A stretch of 64,000 nucleotides of DNA from Octopus sinensis (GCF_006345805.1 NC_043011.1:26858464-26922463), one strand, 5' to 3'. Counted from the first letter of the stretch, positions 38,343-51,513 are shown. A program made the numbers and translations. The notes: generated by a model not told the origin, from the letters alone.

Positions 38343-39956
38343 ATATATATATTATGGTATATGAAGAAGAATTATGTCCAAAATGTTATGTTATAACTTT
38401 TATTTTTTCCATTCTTCCTTAAGAAACATCCTAATAATATTGTGTATGTCCTGTTATATTTTGCATTTTATATTTGTCATATATATATATATACACACAC
38501 ACACACACTAGCATAGTATCATCAACAATGCTGACAGTTTTGTTAATAATAGAAAATGGCATTCTAAAACCATGAAACTGTTGCTAAATGTCAGCAATTG
38601 AGTAAATATAAATATATTCAGAGAAAGAATTGAAGTACTTGAAGAATCATTTATGGTTCTAATGTCTTTGTTGAAAATATCCACATTATGTATATGTGTA
38701 TATATATATATATATTACATGATTTCATATATATACTTTTATATGTGTATATGGATGTGAAACTGATAAGCTAAATATAGTTTATGATAAAAATTTGCAG
38801 TTTATTTTGATTTAAATACCAGAGGAAAACCTTTTACTACAGTCCACCTGCATTTAGTGTCTCTGACTATCACCCAGTCCCTCTCCATTTTAGCCTCCTT
38901 CTACCAGCATGATTGATGTAACACATATTGCGTTTTCTTATATGTAAGATATATATATATATATATGTATAATATGGAATCTGAAGGCACATGGCTCAGT
39001 GGTTATAGCACCAGGCTCACAATCATGAGGTAGTGAGTTTGAATCCTGGATTGGGCTGTGTGTTGTGTTATTGAGCAAGGCACTTATTTCACATTGCTCC
39101 AGTTCACTCGGCTGTAAAATGAGTTGCAACGTCACTAGTGCCAAGCTGTATCAGCCTTTGCCTTTCCCTTGGATAACATTGATAACATGGAGTGGGGAGG
39201 CTTGTATGCATAGGCGACTGGTGGTCTTCCATAAACAGCCTTTCTCGGAATTGTGCCTCACAGGGTAACTTTGTAGTTGTAATCCGATGGTCATTCATGT
39301 CTGAAGGGGGTCTTTACCCTTTTTTTTTTATATAATACGGAGCTTGGAAAAAGCATATCATGAACGTTCTGTTTGTCCTTTGAAACTCTAAATCCTATAA
39401 AGGAATCTCTAATACTTTCATCAGGTGCAGATTCAAACATCAGTCCTGGGCTACAGTTTATGCCATCCAGTTTTCTATGCTTCTATAGATTTCCAGACAT
39501 TAGCAACACAGTAAACTGTATCTTTTACATTAAACACCATGAGAAACTCACACCAGTCTGCCAGAGTTAACTGCACTTAGTTAATACCTCACGAAATGGT
39601 TGTGATTTTTACACTTAAATGAATGTAGCATGCTGTTCAGCTGGGATTGGATTAACGAGGTGCATTTCAATGGCAGGCAAATGCAAAAAGCACTTTTAAT
39701 AGGAGTTCTGCTTCTGAATATACAGAACAGTTACTCTTTTACTATTTCATTTGCTTTAGTCATCTGACTGTGGCCATGCTGGAACACCACCTTTAGTTGA
39801 ACAAATCAACCCCAGAACTTATTCTTTGTAAGCCTAGCACTTATTCTATCAGTCTCTTTTGCTGAACCACTAAGTTATGGAGATGTAAACACACCAGCGT
39901 TGGTTGTCAAGCGATGGTGGGTGGACAAAGTCAGATGCACAAACGTACATACATAT

Positions 39957-40012
<56 letters not shown>

Positions 40013-40077
40013 TATAGCCATGATAAAACTCGGAGTTTTATCATGGCTACCGAATAATTCTCACGTATTACTTTTAC

Positions 40078-40135
<58 letters not shown>

Positions 40136-40753
40136 TATACATATATATACATATACGACGGGCTTCTTTCATTTTCTGTTTAGCAAATCCATTCACAAGG
40201 CTTTAATCAGCCCAAAGCTAGAAGACATTTGCCCAAAGTGCCACACAGTGGGACTGAACCTGGAACCACGTGGTTGGTAAGCAAGCTACTTACCACACAG
40301 CCACTCCTGTGCCTAGTTGTTTAAAATAAGCATTACCGTAGAGTTCTTGTTCAGGCTGACAGTTACATTGAGCTATTGTTTGGGGAATCAAATAATTTTC
40401 AGACTGATCCAGTTTAATATCAGTTGTTATCCACCTTATTTTTTTTCATCAATGCAATATATCACAGACAACTGTTTCATATCTTTAAAGGCCATGGGCT
40501 GTAAACTTTTACCAATGACCAGCAACTTACACTTGAGTATTCTTGTGGTATTAGAGCAGTCCAGTACAGTGACAACTCTCTTTTGATACTTTATAGCTTG
40601 TTGGTGATTCTACATCCTCAGTTGTCAGTGTGTTCTTCTTGATGTGCATTTTCCCAAACAGTTCCCTCTTGTTTCTTATAGTCCCCCTAGCTTGTCAGCC
40701 CAGTAGACTGTATGTGTCCTTGTGTGTTTGTACATTGGTATAAGCACACATAA

Positions 40754-40983
40754 GGTGGCGAGCTGGCAGAAACGTTAGTACGCCGGGCGAAATGCTTAGC
40801 AGTATTTCGTCTGCGTTACGTTGTGAGTTCAAATTCCGCCGAGGTCGACTTTGCCTTTCATCCTTTCGGGGTCGATAAATTAAGTACCAGTTACGCACTT
40901 GGGTCGATGTAATCGACTTAATACCTATGTCTGTCCTTGTTTGTCCGCTCTGTGTTTAGCCCCTTGTGGGTAATAAAGAAATA
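40754..40983 (+). mobile_element. SINE family B, full length
   Basis: TSD ggtataagcacaca at 40737-40750 and 40984-40997. Confidence 0.9.
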
Positions 40984-40989
40984 GGTATA

Positions 40990-41027
<38 letters not shown>

Positions 41028-41392
41028 CACACAAATAAAGGTATTTCTTCCATGTGGTTGAATTGAACCCAAAACCATGTGGTTGCAAAGTAAGCCTCTT
41101 AATCACAGATATGCTGGCCTTTCATAAGTTGTATGCATTTGTTTAAATTACTGAAACTACAATAAGCTGTCTTCTACCATTTAAAACTGTTGATGTTTAT
41201 GTCTCCAATGGTTATGAACCTCGGTTTAATAATCTTCAATGCTCCTCTGAGAATTACTTCGACAAAGAATATTGTTTGAAATGTTTAGCCAAAGTAATCA
41301 GATTTGTTCTGTGTCATTAGTTCAATAGTCATTAAAGCATGTGTGGAAGTTAGTTTATGTATATCTATATATGTGTGCACATATGCATGTGC

Positions 41393-41446
<54 letters not shown>

Positions 41447-41789
41447 TTGACAATAATTATATATGTGTACTAGACTTGTAAATAAGTACTGGGGTTGATT
41501 TGTTTGACTAAATCTTCAAGGCAGACCAGCATGGCCACTGCATTGCTGAAGCAAGTAAAAGATTAAAAGATATAGCCACAAGTGTGGCTGTGTGGTAGGA
41601 AGATTGCTTCCCAACCACATGGTTTAGGGTTCAATCTCACCTCATGGCACCATGAGCAAGTGTCTTCTACTATAGCCTTTGGCCAACCAAAGCCTTGTGA
41701 GTGGATTTGGTTGATAGAAACTGAAAGAAGCCCATTGTGTATGTGTGTGTGTGTATGTGTGTATATATATATATATATATGATAATATT

Positions 41790-42338
41790 AATAAAGGATA
41801 AAAATCATTAATGATTTTTACCAGGTGGTCAGTGCAGAAATGAAAACCTCATAGGTAAATTTTACAAAGATTTTATAATTATAGACATAATTATAATAAG
41901 GGTTTGGTTTGTACCTCACCATGCACTGGAAAATAGACATCAAAAGACACTATTACCACCATAAATTTTCCGAGGATAACACACCACATAATAGGCTAGC
42001 AAAAGAAAGAAAATGAATTAAAATTTTTGGTTAACCGTGTACAAGATCCTGTTTCCAGCTTAAAGTAAAAAAATATTACCTAGATGGAAATAGGATCTTG
42101 TACACGGTTAACCAAAAGTTTTAATTCATTTTCTTTCATTTTTCTTATGTGGTGTGTTATTCTTGGAAAATTTATGGTAGTAATAGTGTTTATGGTGAGG
42201 TGCTTATTATAATTGTGTATATAATAATTATTATAATTGTATATATAATAATAAAATTTTTGTAAAATTTACCTATGAGGTTTTTATTTCCACACTGGAC
42301 CACCTGGTAAAAATCATTAATGATTTTTACCCTTTATT
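41790..42338. repeat. Imperfect inverted repeat (~265-bp arms, loop 42058-42084), with a third partial arm at ~42570-42675
   Basis: ggttaaccgtgtacaagatcctgtttcca / tggaaataggatcttgtacacggttaacc. Both ends carry the palindrome taaaaatcattaatgattttta. Confidence 0.9.
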
Positions 42339-43543
42339 GTTATAATTAATATTTGAAAAATTTACTCCTTGATCAAAACTGTATAAACTGCAGACTTGAT
42401 CTTGATGCACTACACGTGTTATAAAAGAAAGATGTGAATTCTACCTGGTAGTATATTTCTGCGAGTGTAGATGGATATTGGTTGAGCAAAGTCGAGGCTT
42501 GTTCATATATTCATGGACACTCGTGAATTTATGCTATGGAATACTGGCATTGATGACGGCAATAGGTAATATTTCTCGGAGAATTTATGGTGGTAATAGT
42601 GTCTTTTGACATTTATTTTTCAGTGCGTGGTGAGGTGCAAGCCAAGCCCTTATAATTATGTATATAATTATAAAATATTTGCATGTATATATACATCTAT
42701 GTGTTTCTGTCTTTGTCTTTGTCCCCCATCATTGCTTGACAACTGGTGTTGGTGTGTTTACATCCCTGTAACTTAGCAGTTTGGTGAAAGAGACCACTAG
42801 AATAAGTACTAGAATTAGTAGGCTAAAAACAAATAAGTCCTGGGGTTGACTTGTTTGACTAGAGCCCTTCAAAGTGGTGCTCCACCATGGCCACAGTCAA
42901 ATGACTGAAACAAGTAAAAGAATAAAAGAATATATTCATTCATTTCTATGTCTGTTTTTTTCCCATGCTGACATGGGTTAGATGAGTATACTATTGAAGC
43001 ATTGTTTTACTGCTAGATGCCCTTCCAGTCACTAACCCTTACTGGGGGATTTGTTATTTCACACATCATTGAATGTGCAAAGTGAGCAGACAAGTTCGTT
43101 GACATGGAGATGATAACAATATCACCACTTAAGAGTGACTGGTTTTTCGAGAAATGACAAATAAATATACATACATATGCTCACACACTCACACATGTCT
43201 AGGGCTGTAATAAATGATTAGCGCTGCCCCAACTGGCCTCCATGCCGGTGGCATGTAAAAAGCACCATCTGATTGTGGATGTTGCCAGCCTCATCTGGCA
43301 CCTGTGCCAGTGGCACGTAAAAGCACCCACTACACTCACATAGTGGTTGGCGTTAGGAAGGGCATCCAGCTGTAGAAACACTGCCAGATCAGACTGGGCC
43401 TGGTGCAGCCCTCTGGCTTCCCAGACCCCAGTTGAACCATCCAACACATGCTAGCATGGAAAGCGGACGGTAAACTATGATGATGATGATGGTGATATAT
43501 TTATGTGTGTGTGTGTATATATATATGAATACATACATACATG

Positions 43544-43756
43544 TGATGGGGTGCTGGAAAGTTCCTGGCTACAAGAGTATTGGGAAAAGCCTGGTGGTCC
43601 AACCTTCCAGGTTCTTTTACAGAGCTTAGAAAACCTGAAGGACTGCTGAAATAAGTGTGTGAATCTGAGAGGGGAATATGTTAAATAAAATCTTAATTAA
43701 CTGATCCTCTAGAATTTTATTTTACCTAAAGCCAGGAACTTTTCAGCACCTCCTAG
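43544..43756. mobile_element. Mariner-type MITE
   Basis: TIR ggtgctggaaagttcctggct / agccaggaacttttcagcacc. Confidence 0.7.
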
Positions 43757-44088
43757 TGTATGTATATGTATATATATATCTATACACATATGCATATCTA
43801 CCCAGGATAGCATGCAGTGAGATTGAACCCAGAGCCTCCTAATTGTGAAGCAAATGCATCCATCCATCTGTGTCTTATCCTCTCCCTCTCGCTGTCTGTC
43901 TGTCTGTCTCTAGCAATGTGTGTGTGTGTGTGTCTATATGCATGAGAGAAAATTCAGCTAAATTGAATTTTATTCATAAATCATGAAATTATGTAAGAAC
44001 TTAAAATAACTTTTAGCATTTCTCTTTGTAAACAAGCACAAACACTCACTTCCTTCCATAAATCTGTTTATGGCTTCCATTGCTATAA

Positions 44089-44120
<32 letters not shown>

Positions 44121-44599
44121 ATGTCTGTATCTTTGATACAAATGCTTCTGAGTCTACTATGTCTGGTACATATGCATGTATTCATGTGTTTGCCTGTTTG
44201 TTGATAGACACATGTCATTTTGTTACAAATTTCTTTATGCTTAATTGTATGTATGTATATATGTAATGTATGTATGTATGTATGATCTTCTGTTTTTTAA
44301 TTATTTAGATTCTTCCCTTGAAAAAGAAGCTATGTGTAATCTCCTCCGATTTTAATTATTTGAAGCCTTCTTGTAAGAAAGAGCTGATTTCTAACAAAGA
44401 TACAAAACTCCATCATTGAAATGTAGATAATGAAAATAATGTCATATTTTAAACTTGAGAAATGTCTTACATATTTTTACTGTTCCATGTATAGAATGTA
44501 TTTGTAATGTGTGTTAGTTGGTTGATTTCTTTTTCTGAAAACCATGCTTATCAAGACTATAAGTTTGGCATTTACTCACAAAACCAAGTGTACCAATCA

Positions 44600-44963
44600 T
44601 CTCTCTATATATAAATGGCAAAATGTCTGCGTGCGTGTCCTTTATACAAATCCACAATTTTTCAGTTAGAGGGCTCTCACTTTCTATGGTCATTCAAAAC
44701 CATCCAAGGGTGGTCGTGCACATCTTTACATTTCCCCAGTCACCCCGTAAAGCCATTAAAAAATCAATAGAAGTGACTTTTCTGTGAATTTTCTATCCAA
44801 ATCCCAATCAAAATGCCCGAAACTTGATACGGTAATTGAATGCCAGCTAGCTGTATGTGATTGGTCGGAGATTTGGACTGTACACGTGTGCATGTGTGCA
44901 CGCACGCAGCTATATATGCATGTACTAGCACTATGACCTGGCAACGCCGGGTCATACTGCTAG
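44600..44963 (+). mobile_element. Non-autonomous Helitron (second family)
   Basis: A^TC start, 3' hairpin atgacctggcaacgccgggtcat, CTAG^T end. Confidence 0.85.
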
Positions 44964-44989
44964 TTATGGTATAAAGGTGAAATTTTTCA

Positions 44990-45520
44990 TTTGGTTATAG
45001 AAGCTGGAAGTTTCAAAGTAGTTGTCCATAGTTATCCTCTCTTTGATTTTCAAAGAGATATTCATATCAACAGGAGAGCTGACTTGTGTGATTTTCTTCA
45101 TTATTATATCACCAAGCTAGAAAAAATTGTCATCATTTTTAAATTAATAAGTGCCATACATGGCTGGCCAGGGATGTAATGTGTCTTTCTGGTATTCTAA
45201 AAGAGGACTTGTGGTTGTTCAGATATTGCTTCAATATGGGTGCGGTTGAACTGACATATTTTTATGTTTGTGTATTGAATGTGCTACCACTGCTGATGTT
45301 GATGTTATTGTTGCTGGAGTCACTGCCAGTGCTGATATTCTGGGACGTGATTCTGGTGATTCCATTGCTGCTGGCATAGCAGCTATTTTTGCCATTGTAA
45401 CTGTTGGTATTGTTGTCTTAAAAGAGGAAGGAATCTCATACATAACTAAATGGAAGCTCCTTGAGCAGTTTATATAATCAGGAGCAAATGATGTAAGCTT
45501 TGCTTGGCAGAGATAGTAAG
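44990..45520 (-). pseudogene. Penelope-like element GIY-YIG endonuclease remnant
   Basis: The minus strand reads an Asn/Ser-rich linker and then LKQYLNNHKSSFRIPERHITSLASHVWHL, resembling the Penelope GIY-YIG helix (RxxNHKxSF...LSxYIWxLK). Multiple stops. Confidence 0.55.
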
Positions 45521-46096
45521 AATTCTAAAAAATACTAGCTTGACCTGGAACCTTTTTAAACTCCAGGAAAGAAGTATTCAGTCAATACTCTCATCTAAAA
45601 TCTACTCCAGACTTGGAATTCCCCCATTCATTGAATAGTCCCACCACAGCTCCTTGATTATCTCCATGGCTGGAACAAGTGTAAGGGAGATAACGCTGTC
45701 CTGCCTACAGCATGGAAAATTATATTTTTGTTTACAAAACCAATTGGCTATTACATATTTCTTCCTCCTGTTGTAGAGAGGTTATGTGCTTTTCAACCAT
45801 TTGGGTCACTTATACTGCTAAGTGCTTTATAGTTGTAAAAGCAATGGTTACTTTACGATTGGCCATAACTTTTAACTTTCTAAATATGTGTGTGTGTGTA
45901 TGTATGTATGTATGTATGTATATATATACACACATAAACACACACGTATATATATATATCATCATCATCATCATCATCGTTTAATGTCCGCTCTCCATGC
46001 TAGCATGATTTAATATGCATTTATATGCATGTTTGTATGTAAATATTTATGTCTGTACATATGTATAATTTTAACTCCTGCTGTTTATCTTTCCAG

Positions 46097-46153
46097 GTAC
46101 AACAAATACTTCGACAGAACAGGGGTTGGCCTATCAGACTCTCTGTCAACAAG
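46097..46153 (+). CDS. RUN-PDZ protein exon (VQQILRQNRGWPIRLSVNK), PDZ alpha-B and beta-F
   Basis: Acceptor tttatctttccAG, donor AAG/GTATGA. It completes the PDZ fold. Confidence 0.88.
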
Positions 46154-46862
46154 GTATGATAAAATTTATTTTAAAATTTAATCTTCTACAGAAATTTTGC
46201 TTAACATTTAATAATTTCTAAAGAAATATATCAATTTCTGCTTCAGTGCCAGGATTACTATTGTACCCTGTTTGAATATTTTTAGTCTTCATATCATAAT
46301 TATCTTCCAATAAATGCGAGCATGGTGACGTAATTAATAAATTCGTTTGGAGGTTCTGGAGTTGGCCCCACTGTTAGAGTTAGGTCATCAGCATAAAAAA
46401 GCTACTATGGGTAGCTGGACTTGAACTTCTCTGTTATATCTTGGAGGAATGTAAGGAACAAGAGGGCACTGAGGACTGAGCCTTGGTGAATCCCTTACAT
46501 AGTGCTGAATTCATCACTATACTTATCACTTATTCTGACTTTGCTCACTTCACTCTTTGTAAAAGGCTTGCCCAGCTCTCACAAGCCCTTCTGCTACTCT
46601 AAGCATCTTTGTTTTGGTTACTATAGAAACAGACTTCTACACCACGGTAATGTCTAAAATACTTGCTTCTGATTGGCTAAAATACCCAAATTTTGCAAAT
46701 TTTAAAGGCTAACAACATTTTAATTATGGATTTATAGGAAAAAACATATTTCATTTTCATTATTAGTATACAAAACTTAATCCATATACCAAATTTGGAA
46801 ACAATTGGAACAAAATTGTAAACAGTGATGAAAACCACAAAGATCCGAAATGTATATATACA

Positions 46863-47280
46863 GGCGCAGGAGTGGCTGTGTGGTAAGTAGCTTGCTAACC
46901 AACCACATGGTTCCGGGTTCTGTCCCACTGCGTGGCACCTTGGGCAAGTGTCTTCTGCTATAGCCCCGGGCCGACCAATGCCTTGTGAGTGGATTTGGTA
47001 GACGGAAACTGAAAGAAGCCTGTCGTATATATGTATATATATATATATGTATGTGTGTGTATATGTTTGTGTGTCTGTGTTTGTCCCCCTAGCATTGCTT
47101 GACGACTGATGCTGGTGTGTTTATGTCCCCGTCACTTAGCGGTTCGGCAAAAAGAGACCGATAGAATAAGTACTGGGCTTACAAAGAATAAGTCCCGGGG
47201 TCGATTTGCTCGACTAAAGGCGGTGCTCCAGCATGGCTGCAGTCAAATGACTGAAACAAGTAAAAGAGTAAAAAGAGTAA
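46863..47280 (+). mobile_element. SINE family A, full length, young
   Basis: Intact head ggcgcaggagtggctgtgtggtaag and taaaagag tail. Confidence 0.9.
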
Positions 47281-47433
47281 AAAATGTACACATGCACACA
47301 CACACGCACACACACATACACACACACACATGCACACGGATAAACACACACTTCAGTTTGAGACTTAACATTATGTAACATACTAATTCAGTGACTTTAA
47401 GTGTTATGTTATAATTTTCAAATTTATATTTAA

Positions 47434-47947
47434 CTAGCAGTATCGCCCGGCGTTGCTCGGGTTTGTAAGGGAAATAACTATATAAGCATTTTTAGAGAGT
47501 TACTTCCCTTATAGATGCCAATTCGGGCTTTCTTAGCCATTTCTGTTTTGGTGTCTTCAAGCCATGAAGTCGTTGTTCTAAAAGAACGCTGGTCTCCTTG
47601 ACAACGCTTTACGACGTTGATTTCCTTACACTCCCTTCCCCACAGCTTCATGAGGGAGGGAAGAAGGGGGAGAAGCAACACAGGTGCAGGTGTGACCATG
47701 GACGCCAACTCCGCCGCCATCGACACACGAAAAATTATGCATTAAAATGGAATAAAAAATGATGTTAAATTATTTTTAAAATCGTAGACTCATCGTTGAC
47801 GCGCGCTAATAGCCAGACAGGCTCGATATGAATCACGACTATAAGATACACGAATTTGGTTAAACTGCACCGCAAAATGTGGGAGTAGTTAGGAATCTAA
47901 ATCGAAGGGGACAGACACTCACACAACTACAGTTTTATATATATAGA
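47434..47947 (-). mobile_element. Non-autonomous Helitron, same family as 15473
   Basis: Same 3' hairpin and CTAG^T, and A^TC at 47947. Confidence 0.87.
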
Positions 47948-48399
47948 TTATGAAATTGTTTCCATTCATTATTTCTTTCCTAATTAGATTAACTTCACAT
48001 TGAAATTGTTTAGCTGTTGGTGGTGATCTTTGGTATATTTTAATGATGCTAAGGAAATTAGATATCTTCTCTTATCCCTTCCTTGCGTCATGAATGACTG
48101 TTTATCGTGTTCTTGTCTGTTTCCTTTCATTACTAATGAGATTAAAGTGCTAGTGTAACCTTAATTAATTACAGGAACCAAATTGCAGACAAGCGTGTTA
48201 ATTCTGCATGTTGTTTGTGTGTTCTCAATGTGATTTTGTTTGTACATGTACTGGTGTGTTTGTGTTGCTTGTGTGATGGCAAGATAGTGTATGTCCGTGT
48301 ATATAGGTATTCATTTGTGAGTGTATGTAAATTTATGTGTGTTTGTATGTGTGTTTTTGTTAAGGTGTTTGTATGAAGACAATTCTTAGGGTTAATATG

Positions 48400-48964
48400 T
48401 ATGTGTGTGTGTGTGTGTGCTTATATATATATATGTATATATATGTGTATATATATATGTATATATATATGTGTATATATATGTGTATATATATATGTGT
48501 GTATATATATATGTGTATATATATATATATGTGTATATATATATGTGTATATATATATGTGTATATATATATGTGTATATATATGTGTATATATATATAT
48601 ATATATGTGTATATATATATATGTGTATATATATATGTATGTATATATATGTGTATATATATATGTATGTATATATATATGTATATATATATATGTATGT
48701 ATATATATATGTATATATATATATGTGTGTGTATATATATGTATATATATATGTATATATATATATGTGTGTGTATATATATATTATGTATATATATATG
48801 TATATATATATATGTATAATATATATATATATATATATGTGTGTATATATATATATGTATATATATATATATGTATATATATATATGTGTATATATATTG
48901 TGTATATATATATATGTGTATATATATATATGTGTATATATATATATGTGTATATATATATATG

Positions 48965-49009
<45 letters not shown>

Positions 49010-49013
49010 TATA

Positions 49014-49044
<31 letters not shown>

Positions 49045-49052
49045 TATATATC
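48400..49052. repeat. ~650-bp compound (TA)n/(TG) microsatellite
   Basis: Seen directly. It is the source of the YIYI/IYIY ORFs. Confidence 0.97.
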
Positions 49053-49980
49053 TTCATCATCATCATTATCATCATTTAACATCTGCTTTCCATGCTGGCA
49101 TGGATTGGAAATGTGTGTGTGCGTGTGTGTGTATTAATGTTTATAACCTGTAGGGACACAGTATTTGGTTATGCAACCACCATATTCTACAAAGTATATT
49201 AAATGCTTTTATAAGTCACTACTGTGTTAGCAGTGCTACTACATCACTTGTTAAAGTTATCTCGTCAGATTTCCTACAGCCATTGTTGTTTACATTAGGT
49301 CTCTTAGATATGAAATGTAACAAAATCAGTGCTGGCTATAATTTCTATAGAAAATCTGTAAAATTGATATATCCAATAATGTTACACCTCTATATTTAGT
49401 GGCTATTTAAGCAATAAGTTCACGGAGGGTTAATGGTTTGGATGGGTGCTGATGAAGAAGCAGAAATTCCTGAAATATGGCATATATGCCCATTACCCAT
49501 TTTCCATCTTTGATCTCATTGTTGCTTACACTAGGTGTCTCAGATAAGAAACTTTGTAATATAATTAGTGTTGGCTATAATTTCTATAGAAAATTTGTAG
49601 AGATAATGCTGTGTTTGGATTGTCACCTTCTTGTCTGTATCATATGATACATATTCAATGCTTCTGAAAAACAAATGTAAGTTTGTATGCATATGAATGT
49701 TTGTTTTTATGTCAAGTTACATACAAAAGTAATTTAACATTAAACTGAAGAATTATTAGTACTTTTTATTAGAGTACATGTTTATTAAACTTTTTTTTAA
49801 AGTAGGGGAATAATTGTGATTTAAAAGTTTTGGCCTGCCTTGCTTTTGATCTAATAATGCAACACTTGGGTTATTTTCTGGAGTAGGTGGAGCTATGTGA
49901 AATGATAATTAGGCTTTGTGTTTGTTGGTCTGGGAAGTAGATGTATGAGAAGAAGGATAGAAGAGGATAGGAAGAAAGTA

Positions 49981-50546
49981 TTGGGTTGTCCGGAAAGTTC
50001 GTGCCGACTTTTAAAGGAAAGAAAAAGGTCAATAAATACTTGCCATTACATTTTTAATCAACCAAATATGAACCATTTTGTTGCACAATGCGTCTCCATC
50101 TTTCCTTTAACTTGAAAATACCCTCTTCCCAGAATTGGGGTGGTTTCATGGCAAAGAATTCATCAAGGTATCTTTTTACGTCATCCAAGGAATTGATATT
50201 TTTACCATTAAGACTATTCTGCAGAGACCTGAATAAGTGGAAATCCGAAGGAGCAATATCTGGTGAATATGGAGGGTGGGGTCACATACCCCAGCCGAGC
50301 TGCAGCAATTTTTGTCTGGTTCCCAAAGCATCAAGTGCCGAAAAGGAACTTTCTTATCTCTCATGTTAAAGGGTTACAGAATTAACACAAGTTATAGGAA
50401 CATAAACCTTTTTCCACGAAAAGATAGCTTAAACTGTGCTCTAAATGGAGGTGTAGTCAAATCCTATATTATGGACTCAACCATGTTCTAAAATAAGTCG
50501 AAAGGTAAGCTACTATAAATCGGCACGAACTTTCCAGACAACCCAA
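49981..50546 (-). mobile_element. Internally deleted mariner element
   Basis: TIR ttgggttgtccggaaagttcgtgccga with TA TSDs. The minus strand keeps MRDKKVPFRHLM fused to PYSPDIAPSDFHLF...LDEFF. Confidence 0.88.
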
Positions 50547-50639
50547 TATGCTTTTAGGGTGTAGATTGGTAGAAAGTTATTGGAAGATTCTGTTAGTTTG
50601 AAAGAGTTCAGTCAAGTATGAAAATAACTTTGTACACAT

Positions 50640-50975
50640 ACGAGGTAGTATCAAAAGGTTCCTCAACTAGTTATTTTTTGATAAGAAAGAAAACTTATTT
50701 ACCTAAGTTTTAACATCATCTCCTTCGAAATAGTCATCTTGCACAGCAATCCACCTGCCTCAGCATTCCTGCTACTTTTGGAATCTGGTCTGGAAGTCAT
50801 TTTCTGTAAGTGAGTTGAGGACCTTCTGTGATTTGCTCTTGACAGCAGTGTTAATACAATGACCTTTGAGCTGCATTTTCATCTTGGGAAAGAGATGGAA
50901 GCCTGCAGGGGCTAAATCTGGAGAGTAGGTATGGAAGCGATATCATTTTGTTTTTGGTGAGAAACTCACAAGTGA
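50640..50975 (-). mobile_element. Mariner 3' remnant
   Basis: The minus strand reads PYSPDLAPAGFHLFPKMKMQLKG. Confidence 0.7.
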
Positions 50976-51513
50976 GTTTTAATTTTAAATAACTATGTTC
51001 TCTAACCGGTAAATTCGCTGCAGAAAATTATTAACTGCAGAACCCTTTCCAGCTTTGGTGTGCCAAAACGAAGACATATGAAATATACCCTCAAATATAA
51101 TTGATAGAACTTTATACATGTCCCCTCTTGAGAGGACGTCTTGTATTTAGTTATGTGAATTATATTTTCCTGACAGTCACACTGAAGAGTTGCAGGCATT
51201 TACGTAATGTAAATGATAACAATGAAACCATGGTATGTGGTTTATCACCAATTTTGTATCTTTTCTTTTGTCTCTTGGCTCTGGCGTTTGCTGAAATTTT
51301 CTTGAGAACAATTTCCTTCATGGTTAGACCATTTGGGGTCTCCTTCTTGTATATTAGGAAACCACCTGGTGGTCATTCCTCTTTATATATATATTATATA
51401 ATTTTCTTAATCTTCGAATTGTTTAAAATATATTAGACCACTGGTTTAAATCAATATTAATTTAATTAATATTAGTTTCTACCCTCATTATTTAACTTTT
51501 ATATGTATATAAA

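Noticed and set aside
45179-45477. Hydrophobic small-protein ORFs (possible membrane peptide)
   Set aside because: They are better explained as off-frame or antisense reads of a decayed Penelope-like ORF.
186-46153. Assigning a gene symbol such as RUFY, FYCO1 or RUNDC3
   Set aside because: Those families have coiled-coil or FYVE regions after RUN, not an adjacent PDZ, and I do not recognise a specific ortholog.
48360-49153. Long ORFs of 148-250 aa (YIYI/CVYI repeats)
   Set aside because: These are translations of a TA/TG microsatellite with no coding complexity. The same applies to the HTHT/CVCV ORFs at 36913-37524, 53236-53707 and elsewhere.
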